A stretch of DNA of 62,639 nucleotides, filler included, from Asterionella formosa (Eukaryota): assembly GCA_002256025.1 (NCBI GenBank). It is 11 parts of 11 records of this genome, joined end to end, with 100 filler letters (N's around TTAATTAATTAA, not from the genome) between each part and the next. Parts side by side here need not be neighbours in the genome. Positions count along the whole stretch, not along the records: positions 22,833 to 28,438 come from NKIB01012991.1; positions 28,539 to 34,141 come from NKIB01012992.1; positions 34,242 to 39,844 come from NKIB01012993.1; 8 more parts are not named here. One strand, written 5' to 3'. The notes below the pieces were generated by a model. The model was not told the DNA's origin and searched no databases. It worked only from the letters and a program-made list of their open reading frames with translations. Below are positions 25,938 through 36,559 of this stretch, one piece after another (positions within the stretch are counted from its first letter, which is position 1; every line of letters begins with the position of its first letter). A program made the translations under genes and the position numbers.

Positions 25938-27671
25938 ATGCCTCTCCGAAACGGGACAACGAAAGCAAAGGATGCACGAGCTGCAAAAGGCAAAAGCGAG
26001 GAGGGTACAGTATCAAAGAATACTCTTTCTAATCCAACAGTTCACAGAGCTTACGTTCTCAAAACGTCTCCCAAAAGCAACACCACGAATACGTGCTCTA
26101 GCCTTTATTTCAGGCCAGAAGGATTTCCGCAGATCCCATACGTGATATATCCTCCTCCATTTCAGGAACCAATCAGCACCTTGGCTGAGGTACAAGGAGG
26201 TCTTTCTTCGAGAATTTCTTTTATCAACGGCGATGAGCTTCCTCGCCACGATAAATCTTTGGTCTCGACAGTGCCAACTGTCAAAAGGACTAAAGTGTAC
26301 GTCAAAGCTAAAAAGCCACCAAGACCCCCTGAAAGGATGGCTGGGGCCTTGAAAGTGCTCGCAGCGCTGCAATACCGCGAAAGAAAAAACCTCTTGTCCC
26401 GTGCAAGAACGTTACGAAAGCGAGACGTTTTCATAGCGATTCAGAACAAGTCCATATTTGACAGGAACCCAGATGAGGTCAAGCTCATGGAGGTTCACGA
26501 AAATTGTCGACACAAAAAGAATATCCGAACAAAAGAGCGCGCTGCGGAATTAAAGGATCAAATCGCAAGCATCTTATGCAAGCCACCAAAAGCCAGAAAT
26601 GAACTTGAACGAAGCTTTCTCGAACGAGCTCTGACTTCAAAAAAGAAAAAGAACGAAAGAGATCGACATCGACGTGAGAACCAGAAGGAGGAAAAAACGA
26701 GGAAAATATACCGTTGTCCTCCCAGTGACTCCATTCCCCCCGATAGCGCAGAGCTACAAGTATCCTTTAAGAAAAGGAATGCTTCGGAAAATCAAAATCC
26801 TCATGATGGCATTGTGCGAACCAAAGGCTCTTCTGAAGTGCCACACTCACACCAACTCAACAGGAATTCCGGGTGGAACATAGATCATGTACCATTCTCT
26901 CATTGTGGTGCTACTCATCCCCCAGCTTCGCGAATAGCAAATAGTAACACGTTTATTGGGACTTCAAATTTAAAATCATGGGTACAGGCAGGTCAGGCAG
27001 ACCCAGCGCTTTTATCGGCCGCACCTCCATGGTCGTCGTATCAACTTTCGGGAAATGCGCCTTTCTTCAATTCTTTTGAAGAAGCGATATTGCCGCCACT
27101 GCCACATCAATTTGCATGTTGCCGTCCAATGAGCGGCGTTTTTGATCATTCAATCAAAAATTCATACGAACTTACCTCCGAAGGTCCATGGTGTCTTCCA
27201 ACTGCGCTTGCTTCATTGAGTCCAACATTGATTCCTACGAATGGGCAGCAATTTCACCCTGCGTTGCGTGTACTAGCTCCCCACGATCAAGCTCCTCTAC
27301 AATTGAAATCGCCACCAGAGGGTCAGTTTCTCATTGATCTTCCACTCCCCTCGACGCGCATTCGACATGATGTGGTCTCTCAACTTTATACTGACCTTGC
27401 TGGCGCGATGAGCGGCGCACAAGAAATACGAGATCAAGAAAACAGCAACAACACAGCAGTAGAACATCCGTTCCTCTACAATACTGCTGAATATTCTCCA
27501 CATTTTGATGCAGATTCGACCGAATTAATCGCTGCATGGAATGCTTATCGGAGTTCAACATTATCAACCCGCTTAAACGAAGATGTGAAAGCTTATAATG
27601 GTGCCGAAGTAAGCGATGAAATGTACGAGGAGGAAACCATTGCGTCGTGTGAATGGGAAAATTTTCCATAG
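25938..27671 (+). CDS. Hypothetical protein with repeated basic helical domain (possible nucleic-acid binder)
   Basis: 577-aa intronless ORF with repeated R/K-K-N-x-R...I..K...R..E units and a long P/S-rich low-complexity tail. Confidence 0.7.
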   Translation: MPLRNGTTKAKDARAAKGKSEEGTVSKNTLSNPTVHRAYVLKTSPKSNTTNTCSSLYFRPEGFPQIPYVIYPPPFQEPISTLAEVQGGLSSRISFINGDELPRHDKSLVSTVPTVKRTKVYVKAKKPPRPPERMAGALKVLAALQYRERKNLLSRARTLRKRDVFIAIQNKSIFDRNPDEVKLMEVHENCRHKKNIRTKERAAELKDQIASILCKPPKARNELERSFLERALTSKKKKNERDRHRRENQKEEKTRKIYRCPPSDSIPPDSAELQVSFKKRNASENQNPHDGIVRTKGSSEVPHSHQLNRNSGWNIDHVPFSHCGATHPPASRIANSNTFIGTSNLKSWVQAGQADPALLSAAPPWSSYQLSGNAPFFNSFEEAILPPLPHQFACCRPMSGVFDHSIKNSYELTSEGPWCLPTALASLSPTLIPTNGQQFHPALRVLAPHDQAPLQLKSPPEGQFLIDLPLPSTRIRHDVVSQLYTDLAGAMSGAQEIRDQENSNNTAVEHPFLYNTAEYSPHFDADSTELIAAWNAYRSSTLSTRLNEDVKAYNGAEVSDEMYEEETIASCEWENFP

Positions 27672-28072
27672 AACCTACGCGTTTCCTCGTTCTTGCTTGT
27701 TTAACACATCCTGGTCGGTAAACCAACGTAAATGAAGTGAGAGGAGGCAGGAGTACCGGTATGCATATTCGATTCGATAAAGGAATTGATTTCGTTTTAT
27801 CGAAAAAAAGTGTGAGATTGAAGTACCATAAATATTTTCTTTTTATACTCCTACGGTATGTATGTACGTGTTAAAGTGAGCTCATTTACATACCGGTAGT
27901 TAGGACTCGGACTCAAACGATTCGAATGAGTCAACTTTGATGTACCAAGCTCTCATCAACCACACATTATACCTTGTTACTCCGACTATAATGAGCCGGA
28001 CAATATAAGCTATTTCGGAAGACTGATAGTTTGAAAATGAATGATCATGGTTAAATACCTATGATCAGTAAG

Positions 28073-28438
28073 TGTGAGATAGACATGGGTCAATCTATGA
28101 TTGTATGTTTGCTTCTAGAAATGCAAACAGCATTTGGAGAATAGTTCGTTTGTTTGTTCAAACAGAACAACCTAAACTAGATTAGTAAACTCACAATAAG
28201 AATATAGAAATGGAAAGAGAAACGAACGTCTCTATCTATAGTCTTCTTTGTCTAACAATATAGATCTATACAAAAAGGTAATACTTTAACACGTTTATAA
28301 ATGAACTTAAGTGTTTAACATGTCTACAGAAATGTCTGAAGAGAGCATGAGGCTCATCAAGTTTGATGGCAACGAAATGAACTGGTACCAGTGGAGCGTT
28401 GAAACGCTTGCTCTGGCGAAGGCAAGAGGATTCCGAAC
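28073..28438 (+). mobile_element. Copia 5' LTR (about 28073-28291) and gag start (ATG at 28332)
   Basis: TG...TTAACA-bounded segment, then MSEESMRLIKFDGNEMNWYQWSVETLALAKARGF, a copia gag N-terminal FDG.N...W motif. LTR start uncertain. Confidence 0.65.
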
Positions 28439-28538
28439 NNNNNNNNNNNNNNNNNNNNNNNNNNNNNNNNNNNNNNNNNNNNTTAATTAATTAANNNNNN
28501 NNNNNNNNNNNNNNNNNNNNNNNNNNNNNNNNNNNNNN

Positions 28539-28990
28539 TGATGGAACATAGGTATCTTTGCCGACCTTTCTTTATTGTTGAATTTCTAACAATGAAATCC
28601 GTATTTTTCCTACAGGGAGTGAAGGAATAAAAACAAGGTTTGAACAGCTGGTGTAGGAGCTCGAAAGATGCATGGTCAAACCCACACAAGGTTATCAGAG
28701 CATCATCATGCTTGCTGTTGAACAAAATCCAGAATGGACTCGATAATGGATGCCGTAAGAGCAGATCATTGACAGTCAGTGGAGATGATCCTGGATTAGA
28801 CAAATCAGCTCTAATGCTATAAATGACGGTGGGAGCAGTAGCTGATTGCCATGTAGAGACAATTAATGGGTATTGTAATGGTTGCTAAGGCCGGTGCTAA
28901 CCGTGGACCAAAACCAAAACCCAAAACCATAGTTTTGGTTTGGTTTTGCTTTTGGTCAGAAAGACGAAAAAGCGATGCTAAAGGTTTTTG
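28539..28990 (-). mobile_element. PIF/Harbinger (DDE_Tnp_4) transposase N-terminal fragment
   Basis: HPLSSPFWILFNSKHDDALITLCGFDHASF, near-identical to 34517-34730. Confidence 0.7.
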
Positions 28991-30894
28991 GGAAAATTTT
29001 AACATTAATGAAAAATGCAATATTTTTATTAGACTACTTCTAGAAATAAATAGTATGATTACTATTCGGGAATTAATTAGTTTTCAACTCAATTTGATGC
29101 TGTGGTGGTGGCTGATCACCAGGCTGTGTATGTAGAACTACTGTCACATGCATACAAACTATTGGTACAACCAGCCATGGGAGGCATGCTAGAAAACCCC
29201 TTCGAATGTGTTCATCTATTTATTACTGATTTCAAGGTTTTAAACTCTGGCGCATTTTTTGATTGTTGAATTGAAACAAGCTTTCTGGATTCTTAATCAC
29301 CATGTCATAAATATTTGTCACTGACAAGGGTCCACCATTTGTTGCAAACTGATAAAGCAGGTTGGGTAAAAACATGATTCTTTGAATGATTTAGGAGATA
29401 ATTGAACTCCATAAGCCAATCATTGATTGTCTTCCTCCTCAACAACGGGCTTCATGAGCGATGCAAGTACATGTAGCTAAACTCACAATCTGCGAGATTA
29501 TTCATACTAGCTAGACGAAGTATGAATAAATCTACTTGAATGTTAACATCAAATTTCTGATTTTGAATTTTGAATTCTAATGAATTGTCATTAGTTATTG
29601 AGATGAGCAAGGGAATTATTTTTGTTCAAGCAGCCGAGCAAAGAGTGCATGACCTATGGTACAGTATGTACCACGCTAGATCCACTATATCATTAGATGG
29701 TATAAGTCCTATATAACGTTAACCTTATAGAGTCTTCTATACAGACCATATACTTGTTTACTCTCACTGTTGAGATTTAAACAATACACACTGTGTATGT
29801 ATACCACGTCAACCCTTAGTGAAAGGTGTACCCTTTTACATTACGCACACGACTACCATGGAACCCATACGTAGTACATATACATGTACACGAGAGTGAT
29901 CATGATTAGTACGTGATGCTATACACACGGTTACTAGTATGTAGCTCGTAGTACAAATTGCATTAGTACCCGCAGCTATATGTTACGTGATAACTATTGG
30001 TACAGATGTATCTCTAGAATAGACGTACCAATGCTAGGCTAAAACATGACACCTAGCATGGACTCTTGACACCTAGTATATGCCCTTCTCATCAAGACCC
30101 TTGTGAGTCCCCTTGGACTAGGAGCTAATATAGATACACTCATCATTATGCTCATAATTACCCAGAACCTACTTGTTGAATCCTGACAACCGTAGGGCAG
30201 TGCATTGGTTGGTAAATATTGTCAAAAAATTTCAACAGAGAAAGTAGTACTGACACTGCAAATAGCTAGCAATTTAAAATTCATAAATTATTTCATCTAC
30301 ATTCTATCATTTGGTTGAGGTAGAAATGAAGTGATGGTAAGTCGTAATTTACAGATTGTGTGTATCATACATAGTAATAATAAATTTTTTCCTCCTGGAA
30401 TGTATTATCAGTACTTTCTGTATTACGTATAGATGGGTGTTGTCCGCCAAAGGTAGAAGTCAGCCATTCTCATGTGTACATTTTGTACCGGCCAGTTTTT
30501 AGATGTCGGTTTGACCTAAATTCAGGGTGTGAAGAAGTAGTCTGCAAGTAAAGTTTTGGGAGCATAAAGTTCGGTTTGTTACTATGCATACGACTACGAC
30601 AGACAAGTACTGCTAGCTACAAGCTATATTTTTTGTGCTGACTATATAAAATACAAAATACTATCACTTGCCTTCATAGTTACTTAAAGCTAACCTAATA
30701 TAGGATAACAGAGGTATTTATGTGAGAATTACTACTTGTAGCTAACCTTATTTAGAACAACAGAGCTATTTTTGTGTATTACTAATAATTAAATGTATTT
30801 TAATGGAACTAAATATGAATCCTAACTAATATGTCCATTTTATAAATTCTTGTTTACATTTTGTGCATCACACATATTGGCCACTATTCCAGCA

Positions 30895-32754
30895 TCAGAC
30901 ACCAAAATCTGCAGGGACTGAACCAGCAAATAAATTGTTGCTCAATGATAGTTTTTTGAGAGTTGTGTCAAGTCCAGGCCATATCTCAGCTGGCACTGTT
31001 CCTGTGAATGTATTATTGGACAAATCTAGAGAATTGAGACTTGTCAAGAGTCCAATCTCTGAGGGAAGTGAGCCAGTGAAAGTATTGATGTGAAAAGATA
31101 AAGAAGATAGACTTGTCAAAAGTCCAATCTCTGTTGGAAGTGTGCCATTGAAGGTATTGATGCCCAAATATAGATCAGTGAGACTTGTCAAGAGTCCAAC
31201 CTCTGTGGGAAGTGTGCCATTGAAAGTATTGTAAGACAAATCTAGATAATTGAGACTTGCCAAGAGTCCAATCTCTGTGGGAAGTGTGCCAGTGAAAGTA
31301 TTGTAGGACAAAGATAGACCAGTGAGTCTTGTCAAGAGTCCAATCTCTGTGGGTAGTGTGCTAGTGAAAGTATTGGAGAAAAAAGATAGAACTGTGAGAC
31401 TCATCAAGTGTCCAATCTCTGTGGGAAGTGTGCCAGTGAAAAAATTGTAGGAAAAATCTAGATGAGTGAGACTTGTCAAGTGTCCAATCTCTGTGAGAAT
31501 TGTGCCACTGTATTTATTCTGGTTCAAATTTAGATAATTGAGACTTGTCAAGAGTCCAATCTCTGTTGGAAGTGTGCCAGTGAAAGTATCAGACAAATCT
31601 AGAGTAGTGAGACTTGCCAAGATTCCAATCTCTGGCGGAAGGGATCCATTAATTTGAGAAGAATCAGGGTACAAAAATGTGATATCATTCCCATCATTGC
31701 AACGAATGTAATCCCATTTACAAAAATCGTATTTAGAAACAGTTCCATTATCTTGTAACCATGATTGGTTTGAAAGAAGATCACCAGTCGCATAATTGAA
31801 GACTGCCAATGCAAAAAATTGTGACAAAGTATAGTCTCTGACACTATTATATAATGGCGACTGCTCCAACCATGTCAGTGCCTTTTGTTGTGAGGAGCCA
31901 GTAGTTGAAAGTGCTGTTCCATTATCCCGTGATTTTTCAGCCAAGAACAAAAACAAACTTTGAGACGGGCTTGCTGATGGAGATTCTGATGGAGCCAATG
32001 TTTTGAGTAATGGTTCTGGTTTTGTGAGCTGAATGGGAATAGCAATGATGGCAAGTAAGATGCCAATCACCAAAATAATCACCAAGGTATTTCTCAGTTG
32101 ACGCCGACACTGTGCTTTTCCTTCTGCTTCATGGTCAATAATAGAGGCATTGGCAATTTCTGGATCATCGACAAGAACAGCATTGAATAGTGTTGCAGGT
32201 TCCAGCTGTTCATGTTCATCCTGAACCTCGTTGGTGGCAAGAGCAGTGGCGACATGCAAAAAGAAATCATCGCGTGGAATGACTGCTGGTCCTCTTACTG
32301 AAAATGCACCAGGACGACCTTGCAGCAGTGATGATTCTGTCACAACATCTCGAGGTGAAACTGCTCTTGATAAGACGGCTGGAACAAATATATCAGACGA
32401 ATCGTTGTCAAATTGAGGCACAACTGCGTGTATCTCCTGCCATGTAGTGTTGGCTTCCTGGTCTCGTTCTTCCACTTTCGCCTCCTCTGCAAACGGGATT
32501 TCTTTGCTGGATCCAACATAATTTTCTTTCCTGGCTTCTTGAAGGAGCATTGCTACCGAATCCTCTAATGCAGTGGCTTCCATCTCTTCCTCTTTGGCCT
32601 CTTCTGCAAACCGATGAGCATTGATGAGAGCTTTCGAATGAGTTCCTTCTTGGAGAGTCGCTTCATTGGAACCTCCACTGTAAAGGTCGTTGGGTGCCTT
32701 CTTCTTCCCTCCTCCTGTATCATCATTCTTCTTGTTATTGTTGCTTGACGACAT
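30895..32754 (-). CDS. Type II membrane LRR protein (about 10 plant-type 24-aa LRRs)
   Basis: Acidic N-terminus with PGAFSV, TM helix, S/P stalk, SSQQKALTW...CKWDYIRC N-cap, GTLPTEIGLLTSL repeats, EIWPGL cap. Confidence 0.9.
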   Translation of the reverse strand: MSSSNNNKKNDDTGGGKKKAPNDLYSGGSNEATLQEGTHSKALINAHRFAEEAKEEEMEATALEDSVAMLLQEARKENYVGSSKEIPFAEEAKVEERDQEANTTWQEIHAVVPQFDNDSSDIFVPAVLSRAVSPRDVVTESSLLQGRPGAFSVRGPAVIPRDDFFLHVATALATNEVQDEHEQLEPATLFNAVLVDDPEIANASIIDHEAEGKAQCRRQLRNTLVIILVIGILLAIIAIPIQLTKPEPLLKTLAPSESPSASPSQSLFLFLAEKSRDNGTALSTTGSSQQKALTWLEQSPLYNSVRDYTLSQFFALAVFNYATGDLLSNQSWLQDNGTVSKYDFCKWDYIRCNDGNDITFLYPDSSQINGSLPPEIGILASLTTLDLSDTFTGTLPTEIGLLTSLNYLNLNQNKYSGTILTEIGHLTSLTHLDFSYNFFTGTLPTEIGHLMSLTVLSFFSNTFTSTLPTEIGLLTRLTGLSLSYNTFTGTLPTEIGLLASLNYLDLSYNTFNGTLPTEVGLLTSLTDLYLGINTFNGTLPTEIGLLTSLSSLSFHINTFTGSLPSEIGLLTSLNSLDLSNNTFTGTVPAEIWPGLDTTLKKLSLSNNLFAGSVPADFGV

Positions 32755-33983
32755 GATCTTGATATGAACGGTACATAAGTGAAACCAGAATTAAGGTTGA
32801 CTCCCTGCAGTTTCCCAAAATATTTTCATATAATGAACCTCAATCAACACAAAATTCACGTGTATGATGTAATATGGAGCACTTGTCATTATGGATAGGA
32901 TTTTTGATCCCCTATGTCGCCTACGGGAACGTCATGTCGCCTTTTATTGTTTGGTGAAGCGATTATTTTAGTTTCTCAACTTTTCTGATAGTCGACTAAT
33001 TTAGCAAGCATTCTTTTCCCGCCCTGCTTCTTTGCCTGAACCTCTTGACGACTCAGCATGACTGGTAGGTAATCAATATTATGTGAATGGCTTACGTTTG
33101 TTTACAAGAGCAAATCTCATCCAGAATAATGGCTAATTAAGATGATCTTATTGCTAGAATAGAAACAGCTAATCCGCTAGGGAATAGTGGAAACACTATA
33201 TTTATAGAAGCTATATCTACTGCACGTCATTGGCGAGAGCTTGTCCCTCTAGAAAACGTGAATTTCGGTTGATTGTTGGATTTCAGCCGCCCAACACGAC
33301 TGCATGGGACAGTTCTCGTCCAAATCTACGACCCTCGTCTCTTCCCCCATGATGCACAGGAAACCCTTGTCCCACCCTTTCCAACATTGACCTAATTCTT
33401 GAATATTTTGCTGCCTCATGATTCCTTGAAATCCACCATGTCACATGCGGCGCGCTGATTGCTGACTATTTCTTCCTGCCTTCAGTTTGATGTCCCCCAT
33501 TAAGTCGTCTCCCCGGCCGTTCCTCCTCCACAGTTGCATCATACGATTTGGTTACAAGAGAAACGACAGGACATTAGAGCAAATAACAATCAACAGTTAC
33601 AACGATGATTGTGATGGTCCTGATTTTAGACAAGTTCCCATGGAACCTTTTCATACACGACCAAGATCCATCCTGTGTATTCTATAAAATAGTTTATTAG
33701 GAATAGAAATATCTATACCGGCATAATTATTAATAAATTTTGTTCCTTATACACCGGTAATGGTATACACAAAAGCCCTTTCATCACTACATCACTTACA
33801 GGTCCAGATATGGTATCTAATGAAATGATATTGCAGACAAGCAAACATTTAAGGTTCCTTTTTTCATTTCAACCCTAGTTTAGAGGTAGGGTTAAAAATA
33901 TAATATTGAGTCAGAGTAATTAAACATACACTTCGTAGGAGTAAAACATAAAAATATACACCCTTTCCATTTATGCTTACTGT

Positions 33984-34141
33984 ATGGCACCATTGCAGAT
34001 CATTATGGCCACTGAACATGATTTCATGTTATTTCAACCAGAAGATGATAGTGGATGGTCATGTGGACCATTTACAATTGTGAAAGTATTGAAATCTCTA
34101 TTGCAACTAGTAGAGAAGAAAGGCAAAACCAAATTTCTTGG
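33984..34141 (+). pseudogene. Fragment of transposon-borne Ulp1/C48-like protease
   Basis: FQPEDDSGWSCGPFTIVK, homologous to 48830-48965. Confidence 0.55.
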
Positions 34142-34241
34142 NNNNNNNNNNNNNNNNNNNNNNNNNNNNNNNNNNNNNNNNNNNNTTAATTAATTAANNN
34201 NNNNNNNNNNNNNNNNNNNNNNNNNNNNNNNNNNNNNNNNN

Positions 34242-35594
34242 TTCAACAGTTAAATTTTCATATCGATGCATCCTCTTGTATGCTATGCCGCCTCTTGTTC
34301 ATTATATGCATGAGTTCTATATATTCATCATCGTCGGTCACTGACCATGTCGACTTTCATCTCATCTCCTGATGATGATGATGATGACATTATGATCACA
34401 TTGCTACTGTTAGCAATGTGCTATCCACCAGTAAATAGGACGCCATCATTCAGGGAAAGTTTGACTGTTGATGAGGTCAGAAGAAGAAGTGGCAAAATCC
34501 GTCGCCACGCACTACAGCATCCATTATCGAGTCCATTCTGGACTTTGTTCAACAGCAAGCATGATGATGCTCTGATTACCTTGTGTGGGTTTGACCATGC
34601 TTCTTTCGAGCTCCTACACCAGCTGTTCAAACCTTGTTTTTATTCCTTCACTCCCTGTAGGAAAAATACGGATTTCATTGTTAGAAATTCAACAACAAAG
34701 AAAGGTCGGCAAAGATACCTCTGTTCCATCAGTTGTCTAGCGCTTTCGGCGAAGTGAAGGTCCTGTCCGTTCTTTGTCTGGGAAATTCTCGTTGTGCTGT
34801 GATGCAACAACTTCCCATTCATGGGACCCAATTGGCAGGTGAGTAGAAATGGTTTCCAGCAATGAGAGAATCTCATTGATCCTGAACTGTTGACCCCGAC
34901 TCTGCATGCTTTGGCGAGCTCTTGGAAACGTTGGTGCTCGCCTGGCAGTTGCCGTTCTTGAAACTGAACTATTAGGAGCACGTGAAAAATCGTTGTTTTT
35001 CCTTGATGGGGACTGAGTAACCCCAGAAACACCAATCTGAGAAACACCTGGGACACCCATCCTACTGTCCTCATCGTCACTGGCAAACTCATCAGCACCA
35101 GTGTCATCTTCATTCTCATCGTTGTCCTCCTCCTCTTCTTCTGGTTGAGTCTGTTCTTGTTGTTCTTGTTGCTGGTGACGGCGACGTTCAAGCAGCCTTG
35201 GAGAGGAAGGGAAGCCCTCCCTGGCTGCTCTCCTTTGACCAGAAGAAGATGAAGACATGGCCGAAATCTAAAAGCAATGACGATCGATTTATTGAGGAGG
35301 TTGATTGATATGTAACGATATGCATATGCATATGCATACCCATTTTGGCACGAGCAAGCCATTTTGAGTATGAGCAAGCAAGTCTTGAAATATTCTGGGA
35401 AATTCTATATAGTCATTCATGTCTAAACATCTTTTTATATAATGCACTGTCATTTATAACTGTAAAAAATTTGTGTTTGTGTTGACCAAATTTGGTAATC
35501 CTGGTAAGCACCCAACAAATTTTGGGGTTATGGGTACAACGATTTGTGTTATAATACACGTGATATAATAATTTTTTATTATCAGAGTGCGCCC
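34242..35594. mobile_element. Internally deleted PIF/Harbinger: transposase N-terminus (+, 34347-34740) fused to convergent Myb-like gene (-, 35258-34740)
   Basis: Both ORFs are cut at the same junction near 34740. Right terminus ...GAGTGCGCCC at 35594 is homologous to the 18865 end. Confidence 0.75.
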
Positions 35595-35804
35595 AATATC
35601 ATTTTTGTTTCTTTCAAATGGAACTCTATCAATCTGGTGCTGATTCCTTTTGAATTCGAATATTCAAATGGACACTCAAATCATGGGAGTTCTTAGTAGA
35701 AAACTCCCTATTTCACCCTGCTTTACAACCCTAACCCTAACCCTAGCGATATTCTCTCCAAACTAGGGTTAAGCCGGGGCCACAAACTTTAATGATTACC
35801 GGTA

Positions 35805-36360
35805 TATAGTACCAACTTCATGACTTGATTCTTCATGATTTACAGAACCAATTTCATGACTTGATTCTACATCATTAACTGCGTACCCCATCTTTAACAT
35901 GAATTGATTCTGCATTATTTACTACATATCAACTTCATGACTTGATACGTGCCAAATTCATGACTTAATTCTTCATGACTCACTATGTATCAACTGCATA
36001 ACTTGACTCTTCATGATTTACTGGCTTGATTCTCAATGATTTGCAGTACCAACTTCACGACTTGATTCTCCATGATTAATATTACCAACTACATGACTTG
36101 ATTCTCCATGATTAATATTACCAACTACATGACTTGATTCTCGCTGATTTTCAGTACTAACTACATGACTTGATTCTTCATGATTTACAGTACTAACTTC
36201 ATGACTTGATTTATTGCGTGACCCATCTTAAACATGACTTGATTCTTCATGATTTACGTACCAACTTCATGTTTTGATTCTTCATGATTTACTATGTACT
36301 TACTTCATGAGTTGATTCTTCATGACATATTACGTGCGCACCATCGTCATGCCTTGATTT
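35805..36360 (+). repeat. Minisatellite of about 36 bp (TACCAACTTCATGACTTGATTCTTCATGATTTACAG), roughly 15 degenerate copies
   Basis: Tandem periodicity directly visible. Confidence 0.9.
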
Positions 36361-36559
36361 TCAGCAGGCAGGTGCAAGAATAAACTATCGGTAATCCTGT
36401 ATTTCTACTCTACATACAGTAATGAGAATTTTTTGCTTATTCTGTTACAAAAAATACACACGTGATGCTTTCATATGCTGTTTATAAATCAAATCCATTC
36501 TGCCTATAAGTTTGAAACAGTCTGTAAAGAAAAAGAACATCTGAGAAAACAAAACTCAA

